Source of the DNA: Octopus bimaculoides
Taxonomy: Eukaryota
Direction: 5' to 3'
Length of the DNA: 40,613 bases
Assembly (NCBI RefSeq): GCF_001194135.2
Contig: NC_068984.1
Location: forward strand, 16,275,352-16,315,964
Under the pieces are notes generated by a model, which was not told where the DNA came from, did no database searches, and was given only the letters and a program-made list of their open reading frames with translations. Position numbers and translations under genes: made by a program. This document shows, piece by piece, positions 1-11,880 of this stretch. Positions within the stretch are counted from its first letter, which is position 1, and each line of letters starts with the position of its first letter.

Positions 1-63
1 CACACACACAGAGACACACAGACACACACACATACAGACACACACACACACACATACACACAG

Positions 64-95
<32 letters not shown>

Positions 96-169
96 AGACA
101 CACACACACATACACAGATACTCACACACACATATATAAAGAGAGAGCGAGAAAAGGAGAGAGAGAGAA

Positions 170-202
<33 letters not shown>

Positions 203-430
203 CAGATAGATACAAATATACATACAAACATAAATATACAAACATACACACATACACACATCCATCCATCCATCCATCCATCCATCCATCCATACATACA
301 TACATACATACATAATACATACATACATACATACATACATACATACATGTATAATACATACATATATGTATAATACATACATACATACATACATACATAC
401 ATACATACATACATACATACATACGTGCAT
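1..430. repeat. Compound microsatellite (CA)n-(GA)n-(TCCA)n-(TACA)n
   Basis: Repeat units read directly; the ORF at 122-430 is an artefact of them. Confidence 0.97.
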
Positions 431-750
431 ACATATGAATATCTACGCTGAACTACTGCAGTTACTCTATCTGTAGTTACTCTATCCAGATTACAAGTTC
501 AGGTTTATACCTGTAATTATTGGGGCCCTGGGATATGTAACAACACTGCCTATATACCAATCTTCAGAAATTAGGTTTCTCAAAACCAGAAAGGTGAAAG
601 CTAATTCGAAGACTATAGATCCAATCCTCACTGGAACTATAAAAATCTGTAAAACTTTCTAGAAGTTTATCATTTAAATATGTATCAGCATGTCTAGACA
701 TGCAACTACATGCATGAGAATACATACATAAAACAAAGTATACAAATATG

Positions 751-800
751 CACACATACATACATACATACATACATACATACATACATACATACATACA
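751..800. repeat. (TACA)n microsatellite running into an N gap (801-831)
   Basis: Direct reading. Confidence 0.95.
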
Positions 801-1060
801 NNNNNNNNNNNNNNNNNNNNNNNNNNNNNNNAAGGTGGTTTTTTTGTATGATTGTGTATAGAGGAATATATTATTTTGTTTAAAAGAGTTCCAACACTGT
901 CTGTTTTTTATGTTTTATTTATATTCCTGCAGAACCAATGTGGGGTATAGAATATGGAATATACAATATATAATATAAAATAAAATAAAATAAAAATGGA
1001 TGGCACCATGAAATAAAGTATTGAATGTAGATGAAATATTGAGTGTTCAATATAAAGGAT

Positions 1061-1097
<37 letters not shown>

Positions 1098-1239
1098 GCC
1101 CTGTTGTTAATGCTGAAATTCCAATGAAGGAGCCTTGGATCCAGGTTAGAAACCACTTCTTTCTCTCTTGAAATAAAACTGAATAATAACACAAACTTAC
1201 AGTGCAGAATTCAGCAAAATTTCCGCCTGCTAATTCCAT

Positions 1240-1360
1240 TCAGAAGATATTGGTCAACCTAAGCCAACAGTAGGAAACACTTTCGCACGGTGCTGTACAA
1301 TGAGAGAATAAACTCAGAGTCGCATGATTGCGTAACGAATTTCTTTACCACGCAGCCGTT
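1240..1360 (-). mobile_element. Decayed CORE-like tRNA-SINE fragment
   Basis: Reverse strand resembles the head and body of the better copy at 11160-11322 (ggctgcgtggtaaagaaattcgttacgcaatcatg...). Confidence 0.45.
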
Positions 1361-2399
1361 TTTATACTTGTTGAAAATATGTTGTCTGATTCCAAGTTCC
1401 ATTTCACAATTACACAATTATTCAGTTACAATGTTGAAATACTGTTAGACGTATTATCTTCTGTACGGTTAGACTTTGCTATGATGTCAGCTTTTGTATG
1501 ATAATTATGGATCGATTTAAAATGACAAACTTGGTATGTGAGACCAAACCAATTCGTAGAATAAAAAAATCGATATTTTTTTTATTATATACTCTCGGTA
1601 ATATTTATAAATATTATTTATTTGTTTATTCATTTATTTATTTATTTTGAAATTAATCACGGATTGAACGAAGAATATAATTTAATATTCTTCTATCAAG
1701 TGGTAATATATAAAAGAAGATCAACAATGTGTAGCAAGTGTGAAATCGGACCGACATCAGTTAAATGTTGTTTTTGATGTTGTGGTTGTGGTTATCTTTG
1801 AGTACACTATGATGAAAGGTCTTCCAGCCTTGACAACCCCTGTCTTAATTTCGAGAATAATATACCTTGAATTACATTGCATAATGTGCCATTCCGTTTC
1901 ATAAAAGAGCGGGAGGAAGCAGTGAAAATTTGAGGGACATTTTGCTTTTATCTCAAGTAGCATTGAGGCTTTCATATGGGTTCCTGTGAATTCTGATTGC
2001 TGTTTAATTTGCTCAGCCTTAAACGAGATGGCCTATTGTGGAAAGCGTTCCATTTATGACGACGCCACACATTTGACAGTAACGTGTCCTTTCTTTAAGA
2101 TGTAAGGGTGTAATTTGAAGGAGATTTGGTTACTATTTTTAGCTGGTCAAACAATCGCGTAGAAGCAGTACTCGGCGGAAAGCTCACATTTAATATATCT
2201 CCTTCATATCACAAGCCAGCGAAGGAGCTTCAAGTCTCCCTCAAATTAAACCTAAGTGTCTTGAAAAAGTGCAAGAAACATCAGATGATGCAGTCTTAGA
2301 TAACCCTAAACACAGCCACACATACACACAGGGAATAGAGATGATCATGGTTGGATTAGATTCCTTTATAACTCAGTTGAAACGACAAGCTGACAGAAT

Positions 2400-2502
2400 C
2401 AGTGACGTGAAGAGCAAATTGCTTAACATTTCTTCCGGCTTCGCACTCTGAGTTTAAATGCTACCAAAGTCGATTTTGCCTTTCGTCTTTTCATCCTTTC
2501 GG
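2400..2502 (+). mobile_element. Meta-domain-like SINE fragment truncated by the adjacent SINE
   Basis: ctctgagtttaaatg...gtcgattttgcc...tttcatcctttcggg matches the copies at 10662 and 16921. Confidence 0.7.
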
Positions 2503-2505
2503 GCA

Positions 2506-2891
2506 TTGTTGTTGGCACTCCGTCGCTTACGACGTCGAGGGTTCCAGTTGATCCGATCAACGGAACAGCCTGCTCGTGAAATTAACGTGCAAGTGGCTGA
2601 GCACTCCACAGACACGTGTACCCTTAACGTAGTTCTCGGGGATATTCAGCGTGACACAGTGTGACAAGGCTGACCCTTCGAAATACAGGCATAACAGAAA
2701 CAGGAAGTAAGAGTGAGAGAAAGTTGTGGTGAAAGAGTACAGCAGGGTTCGCCACCATCCCCTGCCGGAGCCTCGTGGAGCTTTAGGTGTTTTCGCTCAA
2801 TAAACACTCACAACGCCCGGTCTGGGAATCGAAACCGCGATCCTATGACCGCGAGTCCGCTGCCCTAACCACTGGGCCATTGCGCCTCCAC
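2506..2891 (-). mobile_element. Near full-length tRNA-derived SINE
   Basis: Minus strand starts GTGGAGGCGCAATGGCCCAGTGGTTAGG (A box) ... GGTTTCGATTCCC (B box-like) and ends in an (AAC)n tail. Its 3' module is shared with 26168-26443 and 27590-27660. Confidence 0.88.
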
Positions 2892-3317
2892 ATAGAGATC
2901 AGAAAGCATTGAGTCCCTCTTTAAGAAGTTATTAACCCTCTTAATAACGATCTTCAATGGATTTCTTACATTCGTTAGAGGCGAAGAACGAATGATAGAG
3001 AAAAACCTGTTTCACGCTCAGGACTCAATACGATCTCACGTCATCGTGACGTTGTTGATCTGCTCAATAGAATCGGATACCGTTGCGACACATACTTAAG
3101 AAATGATCATTAAAAGCATTAGGGTCGATGTAATCGACTAGCTACCTTTCTCACGAAACTTAAGGCCTTGTATCTCTAGTAGAAAGAATTGCAAGCCAGC
3201 TCAATCGCTAATGATTGCGCGGGTCAGTTTGCTAGAAGTAGCAGCCAAATATTCTCCAAACAATTCCTTATAATCTGAAAAAGGAAGGGGAAAAACAAAC
3301 ACTTTCCTATAACTGCA

Positions 3318-3422
3318 TCTCTCTCTCTCTATATGGTGTGTGCATGTATGTGTATACAAGCATACACACATACATACATACACACATACAAACATACATG
3401 CGTATGTACATATGTATGTATG

Positions 3423-3503
<81 letters not shown>

Positions 3504-3575
3504 GTAAATATATATATATGTATATATATATATGTAAATATATATATATGAATATATATATGTATATATATGAGT
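3318..3575. repeat. Compound (CT)/(TACA)/(TATG)/(TA)n microsatellite
   Basis: Direct reading. Confidence 0.97.
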
Positions 3576-4199
3576 ATAAAAAGGTGTGTATTATATAAGC
3601 TATTAGTCTTATTCTTAATGATATTTAATAATGTAGCCGCTGTTACCGACTGTTTATCTAAATTCGTTTCTCTGTTTGCTTTTTCCAAACCACAAGATCC
3701 ACCCAACTCATTCACACACACACACACTCTTTTTTTGCGCAGCCATTATAGAGTTAATTCCATTCTTCAATTTTATTTCTATATTTTTCAGCGCAAATAG
3801 ACTTTCAGCTCAACACGATACTATACTGCATCATCTAATTGTTTGTTCGTTTTTGTTTTTTGTTTTGTTTTGCGAGAACTTCAACGGTTTAAATAATATC
3901 CCAGCTTAAATTTACTGTAAACTTAAAATTACATTGCAAAGGCAAAAACCAAAAAGAAAAACATAACGGAATAAGTTTCTCTTATCCAAGTCGTTCAGGT
4001 GCCGGCTCACCAGTTTCGTGTTGTTTTATACCAAATCCCTGTCACAATGTTTGTCTACCGTTCGCTCATGCTTTTTTATAACAATCAAGCATAAATGTAA
4101 TAAATGTTGACATCATAAGAATTTAGAAACTTCGAGAGAACGTGAAATAATTCTTTTCTGGAACGGTGAAACTCGAAGCAGATAAAGTTCTAAATATTT

Positions 4200-4390
4200 T
4201 TTCCTGCTATAGGTACGTGAGGGAGTAAGTCGATAACATTGACATCAATGCTCAGTTGATACTTTATTTAACAGATTCCGAAAGGATGAAAAAGTGAAGT
4301 CAACCTCGACAGAATTTAAACTCAGGACGTAGAGTCGAAAGAAATGTTGCTAAGCATTTTGTCCGGCATGGTAACGATTCTGCCAGCTTT
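4200..4390 (-). mobile_element. Meta-domain-like tRNA-SINE, diverged
   Basis: Reverse complement reads gctggcagaatcgttaccatgccggacaaaatgcttagc...gttgacttcactttttcatcctttcggaatc. Confidence 0.8.
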
Positions 4391-4659
4391 AACCAAAGCT
4401 TTAAATAATAGCAAGCAATATTGAGTTACAAAAAGCCCGTTGAACTGAAAAGAGTTGAAAGCTGCCTATGGGCAGCGAACCCATATCTGTAAACGTTACA
4501 AGGATTCTACCTTTAATCACGTGCAGCCATCAACTTTTTCCATCCAAGGGATTTTAAACCCAGTATTTGCACGCTGTTATTTATAGCTTTATCTGCTTCG
4601 AGTTTGAGCCTTCCTAAAAATAAAAATTATAAATATTTAACATGAGGAAATTGTTATCT

Positions 4660-4875
4660 TTTGTCTTTTACTTGTTTCAGTTATTGAACTGCGGTCATGC
4701 TGGGGCACCACCTTGAAGGATCATAGTCGAACAAATCGACCCCAGTAGTTATTTTCTTGAAAGTCCGGTGTATTTTGCCAAACAGCTAAGTTACCGGGAC
4801 AACAAACCAGCACCGGTTGTCAAGCGGTACTGAGACAGACACAAGCACAATGACACACAGACAAACTCACGCACG

Positions 4876-4920
<45 letters not shown>

Positions 4921-4940
4921 ACGCATACACATGCACGCAT
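4660..4940 (-). mobile_element. 3' part of a CORE-like (octopus OR-type) SINE with an internal (CA)n tract
   Basis: cttttacttgtttcag...actgcggtcatgctggggcacc...aaatcgaccccag; homologous segments at 11790-11880, 18230-18350, 28480-28560, 37630-37860 and 39620-39675. Confidence 0.7.
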
Positions 4941-5052
4941 ATACGCACCTACAAACATGAAGGTGCACCAGCTTATATTCATAACCAAACAAAAGAAAAA
5001 CGTTAGAGTAAATAAACATATTAACAAATAACTTTCCGTCTCTTTCCAATCA

Positions 5053-5086
5053 GAGCAGTTACTGGTCATCCTTACACCATCGTTAG
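5053..5086 (-). ncRNA. Decayed hammerhead ribozyme vestige in the 3' pseudo-LTR of the Penelope remnant
   Basis: Minus strand CTAACGA-TGGT-gtaaggatg-ACCA-GTAAC-TG-CTC, versus core CUGANGA-stem II-GAAAC..NUH; two core substitutions. Confidence 0.5.
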
Positions 5087-7400
5087 TCTTTAGCAAACAT
5101 TTTTGTCTTAATTTCACCAACTGGGAGAACTTTATGGGAATATAGTTAGTGTTATGAGCTAATTAAAGCATAATGCATTAAGTTTGTCGTTGAGTGGTTA
5201 CACTGATAAAAAGAAACGACCAAATCCTCAAAATTTTCTATATTTTCACTCCACTTTTTCTTGTATGCAGTTCCCTGATCTGTTGGCGACGTACCGTCGT
5301 TATTTTTCTGAACGACAGTACATCGCTGTCCAATGTAATATTCTAGGCAACGTTTATTTGTTATAATGTGTATTAGGTTGTCCGTATTACGAGAGAAATT
5401 GTTTTTGATTTTGAAAGTAAGACCCTCTTTGAAGTGGAATTTGGAGCATTCTATCATAATTTGGTCGGTTGTATTTACTGACTTTGGGGTCCATCGTTTG
5501 TCTATGTAACTTTGCATTGGTCAATATCCTTTTCAGTGATATAATTTTCTCTTAATTCTTTATAATTGGATGTTTTTCCAAAACGTTTTTCACTTTTTGG
5601 TAAGTTTATACACATGATAGTGAAAATTTCGGCGTTCTTTGGGTTTCAAGTTGAAATATATGGAATGATATTTTTTCTTTTATGTATTTTGTTGTTTCGA
5701 AGCTTTTGGATGTTAATTTGTTTCTGAATTACAAAGTTAATCGACTCTAGAGGGTATTTTTTGTAATAAGTATTTTTCCATTTCGTCTAGTCCTTGGTGT
5801 CTTATTTCACTGGTTTCAAAATAAAGATTCATTTTACTAAGAAGTTAAATGAAATCTTACTTTGGTTGTGTTTTGAGTGATATAATGTAAAAGGGAGGTA
5901 TTGCTGTGAATCGGTGGGTTTAAGATATATTTCAGCTTCTAGTTTTGTGCTTGTGTTTGTTAGAATACCTAAAAAAGGGAATTTATCGTTGTTAAACTTA
6001 TCGTTGTTAAACTCAGTAGAAAATTGAATGTGAGAGTTTATGTTGTTGATAAGATTTTGGAATTGCTTCATTCTGTCAGTATTTTCCCCTCCATAAAGTG
6101 AGATAATCGTCCACAAACCTCTTCTAGTTTTCTTTCAAAAAGCAGCTGAATCCATCTCCAAACATTTGTCAGGAATTTTCATCGATTTTCAGTTCATGCT
6201 ACTCCATATCTAAGTTGGTATACGTTGGAGCAACTTCCGTTCTCATGTCTATTCCTGACTTTTGTCGTTTAGGCTGTATTGTCGAATATGAAGAAGCTGC
6301 TTCCTAAAATGAGTGGTAGACCATCTTCAATAAATTTTCTGTGTTCTGGTATTCGATAAGAAAATAAATCTTGTCAATATTCTGTAGCTTCGATTCAATA
6401 TTTGTGTGGAATACGTTGCTATGTTCACAACATCAAATGTGCCAGTATAGGTATTTTTGTATATTGGATTAAGTAAATGGTTGAGCGGATCAAAATTATC
6501 TCGTGTGAAGCTCAAATATATGCTTAAAGAACAGATTTTCTTGAAATTCTTTAAAACGATGAGTTTCGCCTGGTGCATACATCTTAGTTTTTAATTTGAC
6601 GATTTGGGATGTTCACATAATTTTCCATTGCTCTTTAATATGTTTCATTGGCCAATTCATATGTATTTCAAAGGAGCCATAGAAGTTCAATATTTGAATC
6701 ATGTAAAGTAATCAGGTTCTTTATTGGCTAAGAGTTATATGGGCGTAGCCAATAACCTGCATTGTCAGCTTCCTTAATATCTTTGTTATATTTTTAATCT
6801 GTTATGTGGGCTCATTGTTGACAACCAAAATTAGAAATTATTTTGTTTCCCTTTTTTCTATAAAAAAAGTTTAAAATATGTTGACAGAATTCCCCAAAAG
6901 CTGTATTTCTTCCTCTCTTAGGACGGAATTCGCTTTTGTGTGATTTTGATTAGAATTTCATCTTCATTATCCCTCTCAAAAATCTTTTTCGCTAATCTAA
7001 GTTTTCTGCAGAATTCTGCTATGTCATTTTTAATTTCAGACGTATTTAATTTTTGAGGGGTTCGTGTGAACTTTAATCCCTGGCTAAGTATATCTATTAG
7101 TTAAAGGGTTAATATGTTTTTGGTGAAAGAATGATTATTTCTAGTTTTTCGTGATGGGAGTCCATCTCGTGTCCCTATATTTCTGGTTCATGTCTAAAAA
7201 ACGGTTCTTACAATGAAGATCATCTGTATTTTTCATATCATCAGCGCTTCTTAAATCGTTATGTTGTTCACACACACACACACACACACAATATGATATC
7301 CGGATTGCCAACGTCGATAACGCTCTTCTTTGGACAATCATTTTGGAAGGCGTATAGATTATTGTAAATATATCAGTTTTATTATAACCATTTCCTCCTT
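5053..7400 (-). mobile_element. Degenerate Penelope-like retroelement (RT + GIY-YIG endonuclease)
   Basis: Minus-strand ORF fragments occur in Penelope order: N-terminal region (7141-7341), RT motif TFDVVNIATY (6327-6578), RT C-terminus INSHIQFSTE..FPFLGIL..IYLKPTDSQQYLPF (5829-6116), GIY-YIG FKIKNNFSRNTDNLIHIITNKRCLEYYIGQ (5152-5517). Many stops and frameshifts. Confidence 0.85.
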
Positions 7401-7849
7401 TATGCGAAAGATTTGGCGTTGTATTTCATTTTAACGGACCCATTGTCTTTTGTGATTTTTGGAGCACTGATATAAAAGTCACAATAAAATGGCATGACCA
7501 GTCGTAACATGTTTATTTACATACTGCAGTCTTCATACTTGATACGTTAACGATTATTTGCGTTCTTTAGCCAAGATGAGATTTAGTGGACACAAGAATA
7601 GAATAAACACTGAGGAGGAAGATTCCTATAGCAGTGATCAACGTTATCATACATTTTTAGAGTGAGCGTGATCAGCTTTCCATGGGCGGAAATCTTTCAA
7701 ATACTGTTACATCAAAAATAAATATAAAAACATAAACGAAAACGAGAAAGGAGCGTTAGAAATGGTGGACAAATTTTAAAAATGCATTTTTTTATCAGCA
7801 ATTTTTTAAATCAAGAATTTATCAAGAATAATGGCAATTAATGTTTAGC

Positions 7850-8105
7850 AGCGTTTATTCCTGCTTTTTGACTTTCCGTTTCAAATCCCGTTGAAGTCAA
7901 CTTCGCCTTTCGTCACTTCGCGTTCGATAAAATCAAGTACAAGTCAAATACTGCAGTCAATGTTATCGCCTTGTCCCCGCCTCTCAAAAAATGTTGGCAT
8001 TGAACCCTGTAACGGACCAGTGTCCCGTTCAGAGGCAATGTTGGGATCTCGGTCACTTATGCACCATGGAAACCAGATTACAGGCTTTATGCGTTCTGGG
8101 GCTTA
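7850..8105 (+). mobile_element. Old SINE remnants (Meta-like body followed by another SINE-type tail)
   Basis: ttcaaatcccgttgaagtcaacttcgcctttcgtcacttcgcgttcgataaaatcaagtac is a diverged match to the Meta-like copies. Confidence 0.6.
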
Positions 8106-8789
8106 AGAAAAAAGAGAACAATGACTAATGAACGAAAGAACGAAAGAAATCTTTATGAGGATTAGACTATGAGTTAGACATTGTGTTATGAGTGAGCAGA
8201 AAACATGAATGATGAATCATGAGTGACAATGTGTCAGGATTCGACATAATTTCGTTCCATAAGTTCTCGCTTTCTTTAGTAATTTCCATAACAAATTTAC
8301 ACAGAAGTCGTTAATCCTAAGCCATGTAAATATCTAAAAGAGACAGGAGCTAGAGTGGATACTACAAGAACATAGAGATGATAAATAAACGCGCAAAATT
8401 AGCTGATGATAATGATTTGATTCATTTTCAACAAAACATGAAAGCATTTGTAAAATACCACTCCATGATAGGAGGCGCTGAGCTACAAAATGTTATGAAT
8501 CACTGCGATAGCGAAACGCTATATGTTTGTTGTGCCTTTCGATCAGCTTTCACAACCAGCTAACGAAATTGCTTGCAAAAATAAGCGTTATATTATCAGC
8601 TTCTGGGTATAAAGTGTTTTTACAATTAGTCAAGGGCACTGTTTCTTTACAGTGGCAGATGTTAACTGGACGCTTTATATTTCAGTTTGACCTTTTTATA
8701 TCTTTTCTTTTTTAATGTTGTCTTCTGGTAGCAAGAACTGTGTAGATAGCCTTCTCCGGTCCTCTGAGAGCAGTGAGGTTGATGAAGTT

Positions 8790-9070
8790 GATGTTTCTTC
8801 TTGAACAACTGCAAGTAAATAGCTTCAGGGGGAAAATAGACAGTGGAGTAATTCCACATGGATTACATTCCATTGGGGAGAAAGGATTGAGTGTAGTGGT
8901 TAGAGCACAACCAAGGGCAGGGCAGACACAATATGGTAGAGATCAGAAGAGGCGAGGAAGTTGATTCGGTAATACGAGACCAGTTAGCTCGGAGGAAAAA
9001 AGGCCACTGTAATCGCAGTAGAAAAAGCAAAGTGAGGCAACACAACGTCTGCAGGCCACAGGCTGGAATA
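8790..9070 (+). mobile_element. Possible highly decayed HERO/NeSL-like non-LTR endonuclease-region remnant
   Basis: Broken-frame peptides LGRK..., W*RSEEARKLI, AVEKAK resemble the RPD-WS-(R/K)-II-ELTVPWE region; weak similarity. Confidence 0.3.
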
Positions 9071-9186
9071 TGTCTAAGGGTAACGGAAAAAATAGACTAA
9101 TAAGTCTTGATCAATGAGAGTAATCCAGAGTTACATTATTAAACAGGGACTTCTGTTCGCGTAGTACCGTTTTTAATGCCCGCAAA

Positions 9187-9298
9187 ACATAAGCCTATAA
9201 AGCTATACATAAGCCTATAAAGCTATACATCAGTTATTGCTGCTATTTATGTATTGCTGCTATTTATGTATTGCTGCTATTTGTGTATTGCCGCATTT
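9187..9298. repeat. Adjacent short tandem repeats: 20-mer x2 (ACATAAGCCTATAAAGCTAT) and 17-mer x3 plus a partial unit (TATTGCTGCTATTTATG)
   Basis: Direct reading. Confidence 0.92.
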
Positions 9299-10661
9299 AA
9301 GAGTTTCTATATTTGAAAACAGAGTTTCAAATTCAAGTTATTTCTTGGAATTTTCTGTATTTAGATTCTTTTAATTTTATACACTTTTACTAGTTTCATA
9401 GTTATTATTATCGATGTCATTATTGTTGCCAAGTCAACCATCTCCTTATGAATGATGTATTTACAACAACAACGACGGCAATGACAACAACAACAACAAC
9501 TGTAATAACAATAGGAAAATCGAACAACAATGAGATAGGCCTGGATAGTGTGTGCTTATCGACATAAAATATGCAACCAGAATTGATTTAGTTGCGTTGC
9601 AAGTCGACTGAATATCTTCAGAATGTTAGTGGATGTAATGAATTCCTAAAACAAACGATGTGTATTTAACAACTTAGATCAGTTCTGCTCGAACAAATCG
9701 ATGGTTAAAAGCCCTTCTAGCGGTGGCCATCCAATTTTTTCTTTTTTGTTTTTTTTTTTGTTTTTATCAGAGACTACTTTGTATTGTCTAATATATTCGG
9801 CATTATTCAAGCTGGTAGAGTTTGATTTGATGGTTCAGTGAAGGAGGGTTTTGCAATGAATTGTTTATGTGAATGAAAAATGTTTTTCAGTTTTCAAGCT
9901 GCCACCATTATGGCTATCATTTATCCGAGTCTCTCTCTTTCTTTCACTATCCACGTCCCTGTCTTTATGTATGTGTCTCTCTTTATGAATGTCTCTCATT
10001 CGCTTTTCCCTCTATTCCACTATTCCAAAACGTATCTCTCTCGTACATATACGCACGCATTCTCTTTCTTTCTCTCGCTCTCTCCCTCAGACACACACAC
10101 ACACGGACACAAACACACATATATACACACACATAGAGATGTGNNNNNNNNNNNNNNNNNNNNNNNNNNNNNNNNNNNNNNNNNNNNNNNNNNNNNNNNN
10201 NNNNNNNNNNNNNNNNNNNNNNNNNNNNNNNNNNNNNNNNNNNNNNNNNNNNNNNNNNNNNNNNNNNNNNNNNNNNNNNNNNNNNNNNNNNNNNNNNNNN
10301 NNNNNNNNNNNNNNNNNNNNNNNNNNNNNNNNNNNNNNNNNNNNNNNNNNNNNNNNNNNNNNNNNNNNNNNNNNNNNNNNNNNNNNNNNNNNNNNNNNNN
10401 NNNNNNNNNNNNNNNNNNNNNNNNNNNNNNNNNNNNNNNNNNNNNNNNNNNNNNNNNNNNNNNNNNNNNNNNNNNNNNNNNNNNNNNNNNNNNNNNNNNN
10501 NNNNNNNNNNNNNNNNNNNNNNNNNNNNNNNNNNNNNNNNNNNNNNNNNNNNNNNNNNNNNNNNNNNNNNNNNNNNNNNNNNNNNNNNNNNNNNNNNNNN
10601 NNNNNNNNNNNNNNNNGACCTCATCATTAGAGATGAAACATCTTTTAATATTTACAACTAC

Positions 10662-10865
10662 AAAGGCGGTAGAATCATTAATACACCGGACAAATACTTC
10701 GCGGCATTTCGTCCGTCTTTACTTTCTGAGTTCAAATTCCGCCGAGGTCAACTTTACTTTTCATCCTTTCGGGGTCGATAAAATAAACACTAGTTGCATA
10801 CTTGGGTTGATGTAATCGACTCACCCTCCCACCTCTCCCCAAATTTCAGGCCTGCAGTAGAAAGG
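10662..10865 (+). mobile_element. Meta-domain-like tRNA-SINE with 15-bp TSD
   Basis: B box GAGTTCAAATTCC and core tttcatcctttcggggtcgataaa. Flanked by AATATTTACAACTAC (10647-10661) and AATATTTACACCTAC (10866-10880). Confidence 0.9.
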
Positions 10866-11159
10866 AATATTTACACCTACGAAGATAGTGGATTGGCAGA
10901 ATGTTTAAAGCGTCGGAAAAAATGTCTACACGTATTTAGTTACATCTTCTCGACTCCTGCTGAGATCATTTTTCTTTTCATTCTCTCGCGCTTCGATAAA
11001 ATAAAATATCAATCAAGCACTGAGATCGAATTTGATCAACTAACGACTAACTCACCCAATGTGTAGTTTTGTACCAGGGTTAGACCTCCAAATATTTACT
11101 TCTACAATACATTTCGATCGGTTTGACCAACAACTGTTTATAGATGAGAGTAGCACAGG

Positions 11160-11322
11160 TAAGTGTTGTGGGGTTAAGAAGTTCGCTTCGCAACCATGTG
11201 GTTTCGGGTTTAGTCCCAATCTGCGGCACAGCTTCGGCAAAGGTTTCCTAATAGAGCCTGGGCCAGCCAATACTTTTGTGAGTGAATAATTTGGTAGGTT
11301 GAAACCGTGAGAAGCCCTTCGT

Positions 11323-11353
<31 letters not shown>

Positions 11354-11880
11354 CACACATATGTGTGCATATGTGCGTGTATGTGCGTGTGTGTGTGTGT
11401 GAGTGACTGTGTGTTTGTATATATACGTCTATATAAATTTGTATATGATATATATATATATATGCGTGTGTTTATGTACAGGGTGGCACAAAATTAACCG
11501 TCATTAAAACTCACAACCCTGAAAAATAAGACTGTTAACCTACTTTTGCACTGCCCAGTACGTACGTACGTACGTATGTATGTATGTATGTATGTATGTA
11601 TGTATGTATGCATGCATGCATGTATGTATGTATGTATGTATGTGTGTGTGTATGGGTTTTTTGTGTTATGCATATGCTTACTTTTTGTGCGAGTGTAGAG
11701 TTTGTGTTTGTCCTCCCCATCCGATCACCTGGCAACCAGTGCTGGGTTGCTTATGCTCTTCGTACCTCAGTGATACGACAAAAGAGATAAACTTAAAATA
11801 AATTTCGAGATCGAATAGTTCGACTAATCCCACAAGGTGGCGCTCTAGCATGACTGGTAGTCCAATGACTGAAACATTGT
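11160..11880 (+). mobile_element. CORE-like (OR-type) tRNA-SINE with an expanded central microsatellite
   Basis: Head gtggggttaagaagttcgcttcgcaaccatgtggtttcgggtttagtccc, body ...tttggtaggttgaaaccgtgagaagcccttcgt, then (CA)/(TG)/(TATG) tracts and the family tail at 11770-11880. Confidence 0.75.
11479..11558. mobile_element. Possible 80-bp Tc1-type miniature element
   Basis: TA|CAGGGTGGCACAAAA ... TTTTGCACTGCCCAG|TA: imperfect TIRs flanked by TA. Confidence 0.4.

Noticed and set aside
1750-1980. hAT-like HCI motif (ELHCIMCHS)
   Set aside because: Isolated three-residue resemblance with no flanking motifs.
7630-7680. Hammerhead at the 5' end of the Penelope remnant (CTGATCA...GATAACGTT, minus strand)
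   Set aside because: Both core boxes are mutated and no stem I or II pairing is found.
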